Below, in pieces: positions 1-8,818 of a DNA stretch of 64,000 nt. This DNA comes from Patescibacteria group bacterium (GTDB lineage Bacteria > Patescibacteriota > Patescibacteriia > 2-12-FULL-57-11): contig SCUL01000002.1 in the NCBI GenBank assembly GCA_004297205.1, positions 786,893 to 850,892 on the forward strand, written 5' to 3'. Each line of letters begins with the position of its first letter. Position 1 is the stretch's first letter. The position numbers and the translations under genes were made by a program. The notes beneath the pieces are model-generated. The model saw only the letters and a list, made by a program, of their open reading frames with translations. It did not search any database and was not told the origin of the DNA.

Positions 1-1102
1 TCTGCTGGAAGCGACGGTCGAGCGCGGCGTCGTTCTCGATGTGTTTCTTGTATTCCTGGAACGTCGTGGCGCCGATGCAGCGGATGTCGCCGCGCGCCAG
101 CGAGGGCTTCAGAATGTTTGCCGCATCAAGCGAACCGGACGCGGAGCCCGCGCCGGTGATGGTGTGGACTTCATCGAGGAAGAGGATGATCTCGGGATGG
201 GTTTTGACCTCGTCGATGATCTGCTTGAGGCGTCCCTCGAATTCGCCGCGGTACATGGTGCCGGCGACGACGAGTGCCAGGTCGAGTGCGAGCACGCGCT
301 TCTTGCGCAAGGCGTCCGGCACGTCGCCGGCCACGATGCGGCGCGCCAACCCCTCGACGATGGCGGTTTTGCCGACGCCGGGTTCGCCCAAGAGCAGGGG
401 ATTGTTCTTGGTGCGGCGCGAAAGGATTTCCACGACGCGCTGGATTTCCGTTTCGCGGCCGACGACCGGATCGATGCGTTTCTGGACGTCGGGGCCGGTC
501 AGGTCGACGGTGAAGTAGTCGAGCGCCGGGGTTTTTGAGCCTTTCTTGCCGCGGCCGGGAACCGTTTCGGCCGGGCGCGGTTCGTCCTCACGGGGACGCG
601 GACGCTCCACGGCCTGCGTCAGCCCTTCTGCAAGCTCCGGAAATTTCGAGGTCGAGTTCAGGACGGTCGCGATCTGCGACTTCAGCGCCTCGACATCCAC
701 CTGTTGGCTGCCGAGCAGTTCGCCGAGACTGCCGTCGTCGGACGCCAGCATGCCGTGCAACAGGTGCTCGGTGCCGACGTACTTGTGTTCATGCTGGTTG
801 GCGGTATGGACCGCCTTCTCGATGGCGCGCTTTGTTTCCTCACCCAGCTGGGGCGGCGCCGGTTTCGCGTCGGGCGCCGTCGCGGCGGCGGTGCGCGCGG
901 CGATGCGCTCGCGCAGGACCTCGGGGGAGAGTTTCACGCGGCCCAGGATTTCCGCGCCGATCGAGCCGCGCTCCGTGAGCAGGCTCCAGAGCATGTGGTC
1001 GATGCCGATCGTTTCCGCGGAAAGCTCGTGCGCCAAGTTATAGGCGCGGACCAGGACGCTTTTGAGATGCGAGGTGAATTTTTCGAGCAGTTCCGGGTCC
1101 AT
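1..1102 (-). CDS. clpC: ATP-dependent Clp protease ATP-binding subunit ClpC/ClpB family (5' part; runs off window)
   Basis: Manual minus-strand translation from ATG at 1102: Clp N-domain repeats ([15 protein letters not shown]), [18 protein letters not shown] Walker [19 protein letters not shown] Walker [14 protein letters not shown]. Not in ORF track because no stop in window. Confidence 0.93.
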   Translation of the reverse strand, partial: MDPELLEKFTSHLKSVLVRAYNLAHELSAETIGIDHMLWSLLTERGSIGAEILGRVKLSPEVLRERIAARTAAATAPDAKPAPPQLGEETKRAIEKAVHTANQHEHKYVGTEHLLHGMLASDDGSLGELLGSQQVDVEALKSQIATVLNSTSKFPELAEGLTQAVERPRPREDEPRPAETVPGRGKKGSKTPALDYFTVDLTGPDVQKRIDPVVGRETEIQRVVEILSRRTKNNPLLLGEPGVGKTAIVEGLARRIVAGDVPDALRKKRVLALDLALVVAGTMYRGEFEGRLKQIIDEVKTHPEIILFLDEVHTITGAGSASGSLDAANILKPSLARGDIRCIGATTFQEYKKHIENDAALDRRFQQ

Positions 1103-1121
1103 ACGGCTTGAGCGCGGGAAA

Positions 1122-1244
1122 GAGGCCGGTGAAAAACTTCAGATGCAAGGCGCGGGGAAGCGAGGCGCGAGCCGTACTTACTGCGTACGGTGAGCGCCGA
1201 GCGGGGCCCCGCAACGCAGCAGATGAAGAATTTTCAACGGCCTC
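1122..1244. mobile_element. 123-bp MITE/REP-like palindromic element
   Basis: Imperfect ~25-bp terminal inverted repeats GAGGCCGGTGAAAAACTTCAGATG ... CAGATGAAGAATTTTCAACGGCCTC, inner hairpin CCGTAC-ttactgc-GTACGG; non-coding; abuts the lemA stop. Confidence 0.7.
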
Positions 1245-1797
1245 AGAACTTCACTTGCGGCGCGGCGCGCTCTGCTTCATTGTTCAGTTCGAAGAACTCG
1301 CGTTTCGTGAAGCCGAACATGCCGGCGATGAGGTTCGTGGGAAACACCTGGAGCGCGGTGTTGTAGTCGCGGACGTTGCCGTTGTAGAAGCGGCGCGCGG
1401 CCTGGATCTTGTCCTCGGCGTCGCGCAGTTCGTTCTGGAGCTGCAGGAAGTTGGTCGAGGCTTTGAGCTCGGGATAGGCTTCGGCCACGGCGAAGAGCGA
1501 CTTGAGCGCGCCGGTCAGCATGTTTTCCGCTTTGGCGTGTTCCTCAAGCGTCTGCGCGCCCATGGCCATGTTGCGGGCCTTGGTGACGTTCTCGAAGACG
1601 GACGATTCGTGCTTGGCGTAGCCGCGCACCGTCTCCATCACGTTCGGGATGAGGTCGTAGCGGCGCTTCAGCTGCACGTCGATGTCCGACCACGCCTCGT
1701 CGACGCGGTTGCGCCGCGTGATGAGGTTGTTGTAGGTGAGGACGAACCAGGCGGCGAGCGCCACGGCGAGGCCCAGGAGAATCCAAACAAAATACAT
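1243..1797 (-). CDS. lemA: LemA family protein
   Basis: N-terminal TM, YNxL..RN.VDEAWSDIDVQLKRRYDLIPN, EAYPELKAS.NF, ARRFYN, FPTNLIA. Confidence 0.96.
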   Translation of the reverse strand: MYFVWILLGLAVALAAWFVLTYNNLITRRNRVDEAWSDIDVQLKRRYDLIPNVMETVRGYAKHESSVFENVTKARNMAMGAQTLEEHAKAENMLTGALKSLFAVAEAYPELKASTNFLQLQNELRDAEDKIQAARRFYNGNVRDYNTALQVFPTNLIAGMFGFTKREFFELNNEAERAAPQVKF

Positions 1798-1861
1798 AGG
1801 GTTGCGAGCGGTGAATCTTCCTCTATACTATAGACGCCTTTAGAGCCACCTGACAAGCGTT

Positions 1862-3217
1862 ATGGGCATCCCCAAACACGTCTTCAAATCCTACGACATC
1901 CGCGGCCTCTCGCCGGGTGAAATCGACGCCGATGCGGCGCGTCTCCTGGGCCGCGCCGTCGTCGCGTACGGCGGTGCGAAGACCGTGCTCGTGGGCCGCG
2001 ACATGCGCGCCACGACGCCCGAGCTCGCCGCGGCGCTCATCGCCGGCATCATGGAACAAGGCGCGGACGTGGTCGACATGGGGCTGACCACGACGCCGAT
2101 GTTCTACTTTGCCACGGCCACGGCCGAAGCCGACGCCGGGGTCATGGTCACGGCTTCGCACAACCCGGCCCAATACAACGGCTTCAAGCTCTGCCGCGGC
2201 GACGCCGGCCCGATCGGCGCGGGCAGCGGCATGGAGGAGATCCGCGATGCCGTGCTGGCCGGAAATTTTTCGGACGCGGCGCGTCAGGGGAGCGTGCGCG
2301 AGATCGCGCTGCGCGATGCGTACATCGACAAAGTACTGTCGCTCGTGCCGGACGCCGCGCAGGCCGACATGACCGTCGCCGTTGATACGGGAAACGGCAT
2401 GGCCGGCCATGTTGTGCCCGCGCTGTTCGCCAAGCTGCCCGACGTCCGTCTCGAGGCCATGTACCTGGAGCTGGACGGCACGTTCCCGAACCATGAAGCG
2501 AATCCCATCAAGGAAGAAACGCTCGCGGATCTCAAAGCGGCGGTGAAAAAACACGGTGCGGCGCTCGGCATCGCCTACGACGGCGACGCCGACCGTGTCG
2601 GCTTCGTGGACGACCAGGGCGAGACGATTCCGGGCGATCTCGTTGCAGCGCTGGTCGCTCCTGAGCTGCTGCGCCAGAACCCGGGCGGCACGGTGCTGTC
2701 CGACGTGCGCTGCAGCCGGGTTGTGCCTGAGGAAGTGGAAAGGGCCGGCGGTGTCCACGTCATGAGCCGGGTGGGGCACGCCCACATCAAACGCCAGATG
2801 AAGGAGCTCGGCGCCGTCTTTGCCGGGGAGCTCTCCAGCCACTTCTACTTCCGCGACTTCTACGGCGTGGAATGCGCGGACGGCGTGGCGCTGATCCTGA
2901 TCGACCTGATCCGTCGCAGCGGCAAGCCGCTCTCGGAGCTGGTCCGGCCGTTGCGCCGCTACGCCCAGTCCGGCGAAATCAATTTCGAGATCGAAGACAA
3001 GGCCGGCGCCATCGCCCGTATCCGCGCCGCCTATGCTCCGGGCGCCGCGCAGATCATCGAACTCGACGGCATCCGCATCGAACACGACGACTGGTGGTGC
3101 TCGGTGCGCGCCTCGAATACCGAACCCGTGCTGCGCCTGAACGTCGAGGGCAAGAGTCGGGAAAAGATGGAGCAGATGCGCGATGCCATCGCGGCCTTGA
3201 TCCGCGGCGAGCAGTAA
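1862..3217 (+). CDS. Phosphomannomutase/phosphoglucomutase
   Basis: FKSYDIRG, TASHNP phosphoserine loop, DGDADR metal loop, GELSSH, RASNTEP. Confidence 0.95.
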   Translation: MGIPKHVFKSYDIRGLSPGEIDADAARLLGRAVVAYGGAKTVLVGRDMRATTPELAAALIAGIMEQGADVVDMGLTTTPMFYFATATAEADAGVMVTASHNPAQYNGFKLCRGDAGPIGAGSGMEEIRDAVLAGNFSDAARQGSVREIALRDAYIDKVLSLVPDAAQADMTVAVDTGNGMAGHVVPALFAKLPDVRLEAMYLELDGTFPNHEANPIKEETLADLKAAVKKHGAALGIAYDGDADRVGFVDDQGETIPGDLVAALVAPELLRQNPGGTVLSDVRCSRVVPEEVERAGGVHVMSRVGHAHIKRQMKELGAVFAGELSSHFYFRDFYGVECADGVALILIDLIRRSGKPLSELVRPLRRYAQSGEINFEIEDKAGAIARIRAAYAPGAAQIIELDGIRIEHDDWWCSVRASNTEPVLRLNVEGKSREKMEQMRDAIAALIRGEQ

Positions 3218-3225
3218 CACGTCCT

Positions 3226-5670
3226 GTGCGACCCAAAGCCACCGCACTCCACTTTCTGGGATACACGTTTGATGCCGCCTCGGCGACGGCCACCTTTGCG
3301 TACCAGATCCGCTTCTCCAACCGCGCGCCGCTCGACTTTACGGAGACGATCACGCTGCCGTCCGCCCGTACGGAGCTGAACGCCGATCAGCTCGCGCGGT
3401 TCCTGGAGCCGCTGCATCTCATCCTCGGCATCAGCTATTACAAGATCTACTGCCCGCCGAAGATCGTGCTGCCGTTCCGGCTTTCCCGGGCGCAGGCTGA
3501 TTTTTGGAACACGGTCTACCGCAAGGGGCTCGGGGAATTCCTGTACGTGAACAAGCTGTCCTCGTCCGCGCTGGCGCGTTTTCCGCACGGGGTCGTCGCT
3601 CCCACCCCGGCGCGCGTGGCGACGACAGATGCGGCGCTCCTGGGTATCGGCGGCGGCAAGGATTCGATCGTGGCCGCCGAGCTGCTCAAGGAACTGCCGG
3701 AGCCTCTCCGGGTGTCGTCGTTTTTGGTGGAGACCCAGCGGCGCGATCCGATCGCCCGGCGCGTCATGGGCGCGATCGGGTTTCCCGCGTACGTCGTCCG
3801 CCGCACGCTTGACCCGAAACTGTTCCAGCTGCACGAAGGCGCGTACAACGGCCACATTCCCGTGTCGGCGGTGTTCGCGTTCATCGGGCTGTTCGCCGCC
3901 GCGTCCACCGGCCGCAGATACGTCATCGTCGGCAACGAGGTGAGCAGCAACGCCGGGAACCTCACCTGGCGGGGCGAGATGATCAACCACCAGTGGAGCA
4001 AGTCCGCGGAGTTCGAAGCGCTGCTTCAGGACTACACGCGGCGTTTCATCTCCCCGGACGTCACGTATTTCTCCCTGCTGCGCCAGTTCTACGAGATCCG
4101 CGTCGTCGAACAGTTCAGCAAACACCCGCGCTACTTTCGGCTGTTTACGAGCTGCAACCGCAGCTTCCGCGTGCACAAGGAGCGGCCCGGGACGCTTTGG
4201 TGCGGCGCCTGCCCGAAATGCGCCTACGTCTTCCTGATTCTTGCGCCGTTCCTGCCCAAGAAGACACTGATCGGCATCTTCGGCAAGGACCTGCTCGCCG
4301 ACGCCGCGCTGCTCCCGCTCTACGCGGACGTGCTCGGCTTTGGCACGGCCAAACCGTTCGACTGCGTCGGGACGTTTGAGGAAGCGCAGGCTGCGCTGTT
4401 CCTCGCCGCCAAGACGTTTCCGCGGGCCGCGGCGGTGAATGCGTACCTGCGCAAGGTGGCCAAGCCCGCGGAGAAGGTCCGCCAGGTGTTCCGCACGGTG
4501 CCGGCGCCGACCCTGCCCACGCCGTTCCGCTTTGCCGGGATGCGCAGCGTCGTCCTGCTTGGCTACGGCAAGGAGGGGAAGGTGAGCGAGCGGTACCTGA
4601 AAAAGTTCTATCCGCAGCTCACGATCGGGGTGCTGGATGAAGCGCGCGATCCGCGGTACCTGGAAAAGCAGCACGCCTTTGATCTGGCCGTGAAGACGCC
4701 GGGGATCCCGAAGCGCCTGGTAACGATCCCGTACGTCACGGCCACGAACCTCTTTTTCAGCCGCGTGAAGAACACCACGGTCGGCGTGACCGGCACCAAA
4801 GGCAAGAGCACCACCACGGCGCTCATCCACGACATGCTCGCGGCCGGCGGGCGGAAGGTGCGCCAGGTGGGCAACAACGGGCGGCCGATGCTCGAGGTGC
4901 TCCTCGGCCGGATCGACCCCGACGAGATCTTCGTCGTGGAACTCTCGAGCTACATGCTCGACGACATTCTGTATTCCCCGCGGGTGGCGCTGCTCCTCAA
5001 CCTGTTTCCGGAGCACATGAACTACCACGGCGGTGTGGCGCCGTATTACGCCGCCAAGCAGCACATCTTCACCTTCCAAAAGCCGGGCGACGTGGCGCTC
5101 CGCCCGCCGTTTCCCCGCGTCCCTGCGTTGCTCCGGACGCATACGCGGCTTGCCGGGGAGCACAACCGCAAGAACATCCTGGCTGCAGCCGCAGCGGCGC
5201 GTGTCTTCAAGGTTCCGGAAGCGGCGATGCGCCGGGCCGTGCGCGGCTTCACGCCGCTGCCGCACCGGCTGGAGAACGTCGGCACGTACCGCGGGATCAC
5301 GTTCTACGACGACGCCATTTCCACCACGCCGGAGTCGACCATCGCAGCGCTGCGGGCGATCCCCAACGTGCGCACCATCTTCCTGGGTGGCCTCGACCGC
5401 GGCTATGACTTCCGCGCGTTGGAAAAGGAGCTGCGCCGCCGCAAGGTGAAGAACGTGGTGCTGTTCCCGGACAGCGGGAAGCGTATCCTGCGTTCGCGCA
5501 AAGGCTTCACCGTGCTCGAGACGCGCAGCATGAAGGCGGCGGTTGCGTTCGCGTACGCGCATACGCCCGCCGGAGCGGTCTGCCTGCTGTCGACGGCCTC
5601 GCCCAGCTACTCCGTCTGGAAGAACTTCGAGGAGAAGGGTGATATGTTCAAGAGGTACGTGAGAGGGTAG
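3226..5670 (+). CDS. Fusion of MurL-type UDP-MurNAc-L-Ala-L-Glu epimerase (N-terminal) and MurD-type Mur ligase (C-terminal)
   Basis: GTG at 3226 just after the PMM stop. N-half: GISYYK, GGGKDS, NGHIPVS, NHQWSKS, SCNRSF, WCGACPKC, KPFDCVG. C-half from ~4540: GYGKEG, GTKGKSTT, ELSSY, EHMNYHG, LPHRLE, DDAISTTPES, GGLDRG, STASPSY..NFEEKG. Confidence 0.85.
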   Translation: MRPKATALHFLGYTFDAASATATFAYQIRFSNRAPLDFTETITLPSARTELNADQLARFLEPLHLILGISYYKIYCPPKIVLPFRLSRAQADFWNTVYRKGLGEFLYVNKLSSSALARFPHGVVAPTPARVATTDAALLGIGGGKDSIVAAELLKELPEPLRVSSFLVETQRRDPIARRVMGAIGFPAYVVRRTLDPKLFQLHEGAYNGHIPVSAVFAFIGLFAAASTGRRYVIVGNEVSSNAGNLTWRGEMINHQWSKSAEFEALLQDYTRRFISPDVTYFSLLRQFYEIRVVEQFSKHPRYFRLFTSCNRSFRVHKERPGTLWCGACPKCAYVFLILAPFLPKKTLIGIFGKDLLADAALLPLYADVLGFGTAKPFDCVGTFEEAQAALFLAAKTFPRAAAVNAYLRKVAKPAEKVRQVFRTVPAPTLPTPFRFAGMRSVVLLGYGKEGKVSERYLKKFYPQLTIGVLDEARDPRYLEKQHAFDLAVKTPGIPKRLVTIPYVTATNLFFSRVKNTTVGVTGTKGKSTTTALIHDMLAAGGRKVRQVGNNGRPMLEVLLGRIDPDEIFVVELSSYMLDDILYSPRVALLLNLFPEHMNYHGGVAPYYAAKQHIFTFQKPGDVALRPPFPRVPALLRTHTRLAGEHNRKNILAAAAAARVFKVPEAAMRRAVRGFTPLPHRLENVGTYRGITFYDDAISTTPESTIAALRAIPNVRTIFLGGLDRGYDFRALEKELRRRKVKNVVLFPDSGKRILRSRKGFTVLETRSMKAAVAFAYAHTPAGAVCLLSTASPSYSVWKNFEEKGDMFKRYVRG

Positions 5671-5679
5671 AGTAGCCCC

Positions 5680-6777
5680 ATGTTTTTCACTGCGATCATC
5701 TTCCTCGTCGTCCTCTCCGTGCTCGTCTTCGTGCACGAATTCGGGCACTTCATCACCGCCAAGAAGCTCGGCGTGCGCGTCGATGAATTCGGCTTCGGAT
5801 TCCCGCCGCGGGCTTTTTTCGTGAAGCGCGGCGGCACGGTGTATTCCCTCAACTGGATTCCGTTGGGCGGCTTCGTGAAGATCAAAGGCGAGATGGCGGA
5901 GGAGGCCACCGGCCGCGACAGCTTTGCCACGCAGAGCGCGCCGCGCCGGTTGGTCATTCTCGCCGCGGGCGTCGTCATGAACATGCTGCTCGCGTGGTTC
6001 CTCTTTTCCGTGGGCACCATGATCGGGCTGACCGAGACGGTCGACGCCGTGCATCCCTCGGCCACGGTCCGGAATCGCGCCGTGACCGTGACCGACGTTC
6101 TTCCGGATTCTCCCGCGGCGGCAACCGGCATCGGCTACGGCGACAACATCATCGCGGTGAACGGCGCGTCCATCACCGAAGTTGCCGCGCTCCAGGAAAT
6201 GCTGCGCGGCGCTTCCGGGGAAGTGGTGCTGACACTGAAGCGCGGCCAGGCCTCGCGCGAGGTGCGCGTCACGCCGGTCCTGCTGGAGCAAACCGGCAAA
6301 CCGGGCATCGGCGTCGGGCTCCTCGAAACCGGCAAGGTGTCCTACCCGTTCTGGTACGCGCCCGTCCGCGGCGCGCAGGTCACCGTGATGAACACGCTGG
6401 CCGTGTTCCAGGCCTTCGGCGGACTTATCGTCGGACTCGTTTCCGGCAAAGGGGTGAGCGCCGATGTGGCCGGCCCGGTCGGGATTGCCGTCGCCACCGG
6501 CGAAGTGGCGCGGCTCGGCTTCATTTATCTTCTGCAGTTCACGGCGCTGCTTTCGATCAACCTCGCCGTCATCAACATCCTGCCGCTGCCCGCGCTCGAC
6601 GGCGGTCGCGTGCTGTTTCTGATCATCGAAAAGATCCGCCGCAAGCCGGTTGACCGCCGGATCGAGGGGATTGTGCACCAGATTGGATTTGCCATGCTCC
6701 TCCTCCTGGCGCTTCTCGTCACCATCCAGGACGTCCGCCGTTTCGGGGGGCAGATCATTGATGGATTGATGCGGTGA
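5680..6777 (+). CDS. rseP: RIP metalloprotease RseP (site-2 protease with PDZ domain)
   Basis: HEFGH, GFGFPP, WIPLGGFVK, PDZ-like segment, GPVGI, NILPLPALDGGR. Confidence 0.95.
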   Translation: MFFTAIIFLVVLSVLVFVHEFGHFITAKKLGVRVDEFGFGFPPRAFFVKRGGTVYSLNWIPLGGFVKIKGEMAEEATGRDSFATQSAPRRLVILAAGVVMNMLLAWFLFSVGTMIGLTETVDAVHPSATVRNRAVTVTDVLPDSPAAATGIGYGDNIIAVNGASITEVAALQEMLRGASGEVVLTLKRGQASREVRVTPVLLEQTGKPGIGVGLLETGKVSYPFWYAPVRGAQVTVMNTLAVFQAFGGLIVGLVSGKGVSADVAGPVGIAVATGEVARLGFIYLLQFTALLSINLAVINILPLPALDGGRVLFLIIEKIRRKPVDRRIEGIVHQIGFAMLLLLALLVTIQDVRRFGGQIIDGLMR

Positions 6778-6778
6778 C

Positions 6779-6856
6779 GACCCTCCCGTCCCTCCCTTGA
6801 CAAGGGAGGGATTGCACGAGAATTCCCCTCCTTGTCAAGGAGGGGATGGGGTGGTC
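6779..6856. repeat. Inverted REP doublet (REPIN-like)
   Basis: CCCTCCCTTGACAAGGGAGGG and CCCCTCCTTGTCAAGGAGGGG hairpins in inverted orientation with matching GACC(C/A) outer ends. Confidence 0.7.
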
Positions 6857-6967
6857 CACCAACGGGTCGCCGGTTGACACGACCGGCGTTTTCGTATACC
6901 AAGAGACCGTCATGTCGGCTCCGGGACGGTCCCTGGAATGGCGTGATGCAACGAGAGGAGGATTGTC

Positions 6968-7534
6968 ATGGCGAAGCATATCGTCACCGGCGATCAGTAT
7001 CGGACGATTGACAGGCGGATGCGCGAGATCAAGCGGATGCTCGACCAAAAGAACGGCAGCCCGCTCGATCCGGAGGAGGTGGCCGAGCACCTGCAGAGGA
7101 TCATCGATCAGCCGTCATCCATCATCGACTGCTCCCTGCAGCCGATGATCCCCGAGGGCTGGTCCATCCGCGAAGAGGACCAGATCAAGAGCCGCTTCCA
7201 GGGCGAGCTGATCTGGAGTCCGGAGAAGATCGGTCTCCACCTCGACGAGGCTCAGAAGACGGGCTCGATCGTCGGGAACGAGCTGCGGAAGAAGCTCGAG
7301 GGCCAGCCGGTGCTCCCGGCCAAGGTCCTCGACTACCTGCTCGCCCACCCGGCGCTCATCCCGCCGGACTGGAAGGGGAAGTACGTCTATTTCTGGGGCA
7401 GCGTCTACCGCCGCTCGGACGGCAACGCCTCGGTCCGTTGCCTCTACTGGGGCGACAGGGGCTGGTATTGGCTCAGCTACCGGCTTGGCCACTACTGGGG
7501 CCACCGGGACCCCGGTGCGGTCCTCGCGGGTTAG
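6968..7534 (+). CDS. Hypothetical protein with Trp-rich C-terminus resembling a DGR variable region
   Basis: Strong SD (AGAGGAGG); C-terminus DGNASVRCLYWGDRGWYWLSYRLGHYWGHRDPGAVLAG rich in NNC codons between fixed Trp codons. Confidence 0.75.
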   Translation: MAKHIVTGDQYRTIDRRMREIKRMLDQKNGSPLDPEEVAEHLQRIIDQPSSIIDCSLQPMIPEGWSIREEDQIKSRFQGELIWSPEKIGLHLDEAQKTGSIVGNELRKKLEGQPVLPAKVLDYLLAHPALIPPDWKGKYVYFWGSVYRRSDGNASVRCLYWGDRGWYWLSYRLGHYWGHRDPGAVLAG

Positions 7535-7587
7535 GACCTTGGTGCGTGGTCCCTTGGTCGATGAGACCTTGGAAGCATGGCCCTTGG
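7535..7587 (+). repeat. CCTTGG repeated four times at exact 15-nt period
   Basis: CCTTGG at 7537, 7552, 7567, 7582; intervening 7-8-nt units also end in TGG/TGA. Confidence 0.85.
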
Positions 7588-7594
7588 ATACGCG

Positions 7595-7650
7595 GCCTCA
7601 TCTCCACTTCGACTGTCCGCAGTCGGGGCGCGAGATGGGGCTCTTTTTAT
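7595..7650 (+). terminator. Extended hairpin plus T tract
   Basis: GCCTCATCTC...GAGATGGGGC stem with inner CGACTG-tccg-CAGTCG, followed by TCTTTTTAT. Confidence 0.65.
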
Positions 7651-7651
7651 C

Positions 7652-7722
7652 TTGTCATTCCCACGGAAGTGGGAATCCAGAACGACCGGTTGTCTGGATC
7701 CCCGCGTCCGCGGGGATGACAA
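7652..7722. repeat. REP doublet of GTCATTCCC-N8-GGGAATCCAG type
   Basis: TTGTCATTCCCACGGAAGTGGGAATCCAG and inverted CTGGATCCCCGCGTCCGCGGGGATGACAA. Confidence 0.8.
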
Positions 7723-7752
7723 AACCAAAGGTTTTCCCTAAACTACTCCCGT

Positions 7753-8817
7753 ATGTCCCTGCGCGACGCGCTCGACAAAGTCCGTACTGCGGCCATTAAA
7801 GACGTGCTTGCCGCCGGCTCCGCCGCGGAGCTCACGCGCGTCCGCGTCCATTACCTCGGCCGCAAAGGCGAGCTGACGCTGCGTCTCAAGGAACTGGCCG
7901 ACCTGCCGGAGAAGGAACGCAAGGCCGCCGGAGAAGCCGGCAACCAGGTCAAAGTCGCCATTGAAAAGGAGCTGTCCCGCCGGGAAGCGGATTTTGCCTC
8001 GACCGCGTCCGCGAAGATCGGCGAGACCGAGTGGATCGACGTGACCGCGCCGGGCACGCCGGTGCCGGAGGGACACCTCCACCTCACGACCCAGGCCATC
8101 CGCGAAATCACCGCCCTCTTCCGGCGGCTCGGCTTTACGCGCGTCCGCTACCCCGAAGCCGACTACGATTGGTACGCCTTTGAGGCGTTGAACATGCCGC
8201 CGGACCATCCGGCCCGTGACGAGTGGGAGACGTTCTTCGTCGACCTGCCGCCGGGGGAGAAGGGCAAGGTCGTGCTCACTCCGCATACCTCGAACGGCCA
8301 GATCCACGAGCTCGAACGCAAGGAGCTGCCGATCCGCATGATCAACATCTCCAAGTGCTACCGCCGCCAGTCGGATGTTTCGCACGTGCCGATGTTCCAC
8401 CAGTTCGAGGGGCTCGTGATCGACAAAGGGATCAGCGTGACGCACTTGAAAGGCGTGCTCGACCACTTCGCCAAGGCGTATTTCGGCGCGGATCGGCGCA
8501 CGCGCCTGCGGCCGTTCCACTTCCGGTTCACGGAACCGTCCTTTGAAGTCGACATCTCCTGCGACATCTGCGGCGGAACGGGCCTCCTCGCGGGCGGGGC
8601 CGTCTGCCGGTTGTGCAAGCAGGGCTGGGTCGAGCTCGGCGGCGCGGGCATGGTGCATCCGAACGTCCTCAAAGCGACCGGCGTCGACCCCGAGCAGTGG
8701 GGCGGCTTCGCCTTCGGCTGGGGCGTGGAGCGCACCTTCATGATGAAAGCCGGCGTGAAGATCGACGACCTCCGCGTCCTCTACAAGAACGACCTGCATT
8801 TCTTGCATCAGTTCTAG
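7753..8817 (+). CDS. pheS: Phenylalanine--tRNA ligase alpha subunit
   Basis: YLGRKG, HPARDEWETF, TPHTS, PMFHQFEG, FRFTEPSFE, GWVELGGAGMVHP, GFAFGWGVER. Confidence 0.97.
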   Translation: MSLRDALDKVRTAAIKDVLAAGSAAELTRVRVHYLGRKGELTLRLKELADLPEKERKAAGEAGNQVKVAIEKELSRREADFASTASAKIGETEWIDVTAPGTPVPEGHLHLTTQAIREITALFRRLGFTRVRYPEADYDWYAFEALNMPPDHPARDEWETFFVDLPPGEKGKVVLTPHTSNGQIHELERKELPIRMINISKCYRRQSDVSHVPMFHQFEGLVIDKGISVTHLKGVLDHFAKAYFGADRRTRLRPFHFRFTEPSFEVDISCDICGGTGLLAGGAVCRLCKQGWVELGGAGMVHPNVLKATGVDPEQWGGFAFGWGVERTFMMKAGVKIDDLRVLYKNDLHFLHQF

Positions 8818-8818
8818 T

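Noticed and set aside
2872-3225. N-terminal extension of the 932-aa ORF
   Set aside because: Overlaps the PMM gene in another frame and is Arg-rich junk; the real start is GTG at 3226.
3031-6678. Very long antisense ORFs (also 12319-16326, 15690-19736, 37928-39949, 59594-63592)
   Set aside because: Shadow frames opposite well-supported genes; expected from high GC3 codon bias; no recognisable motifs.
7535-7587. Mini-CRISPR
   Set aside because: 6-8-nt repeats with 15-nt period, no spacer-length gaps, no cas genes.
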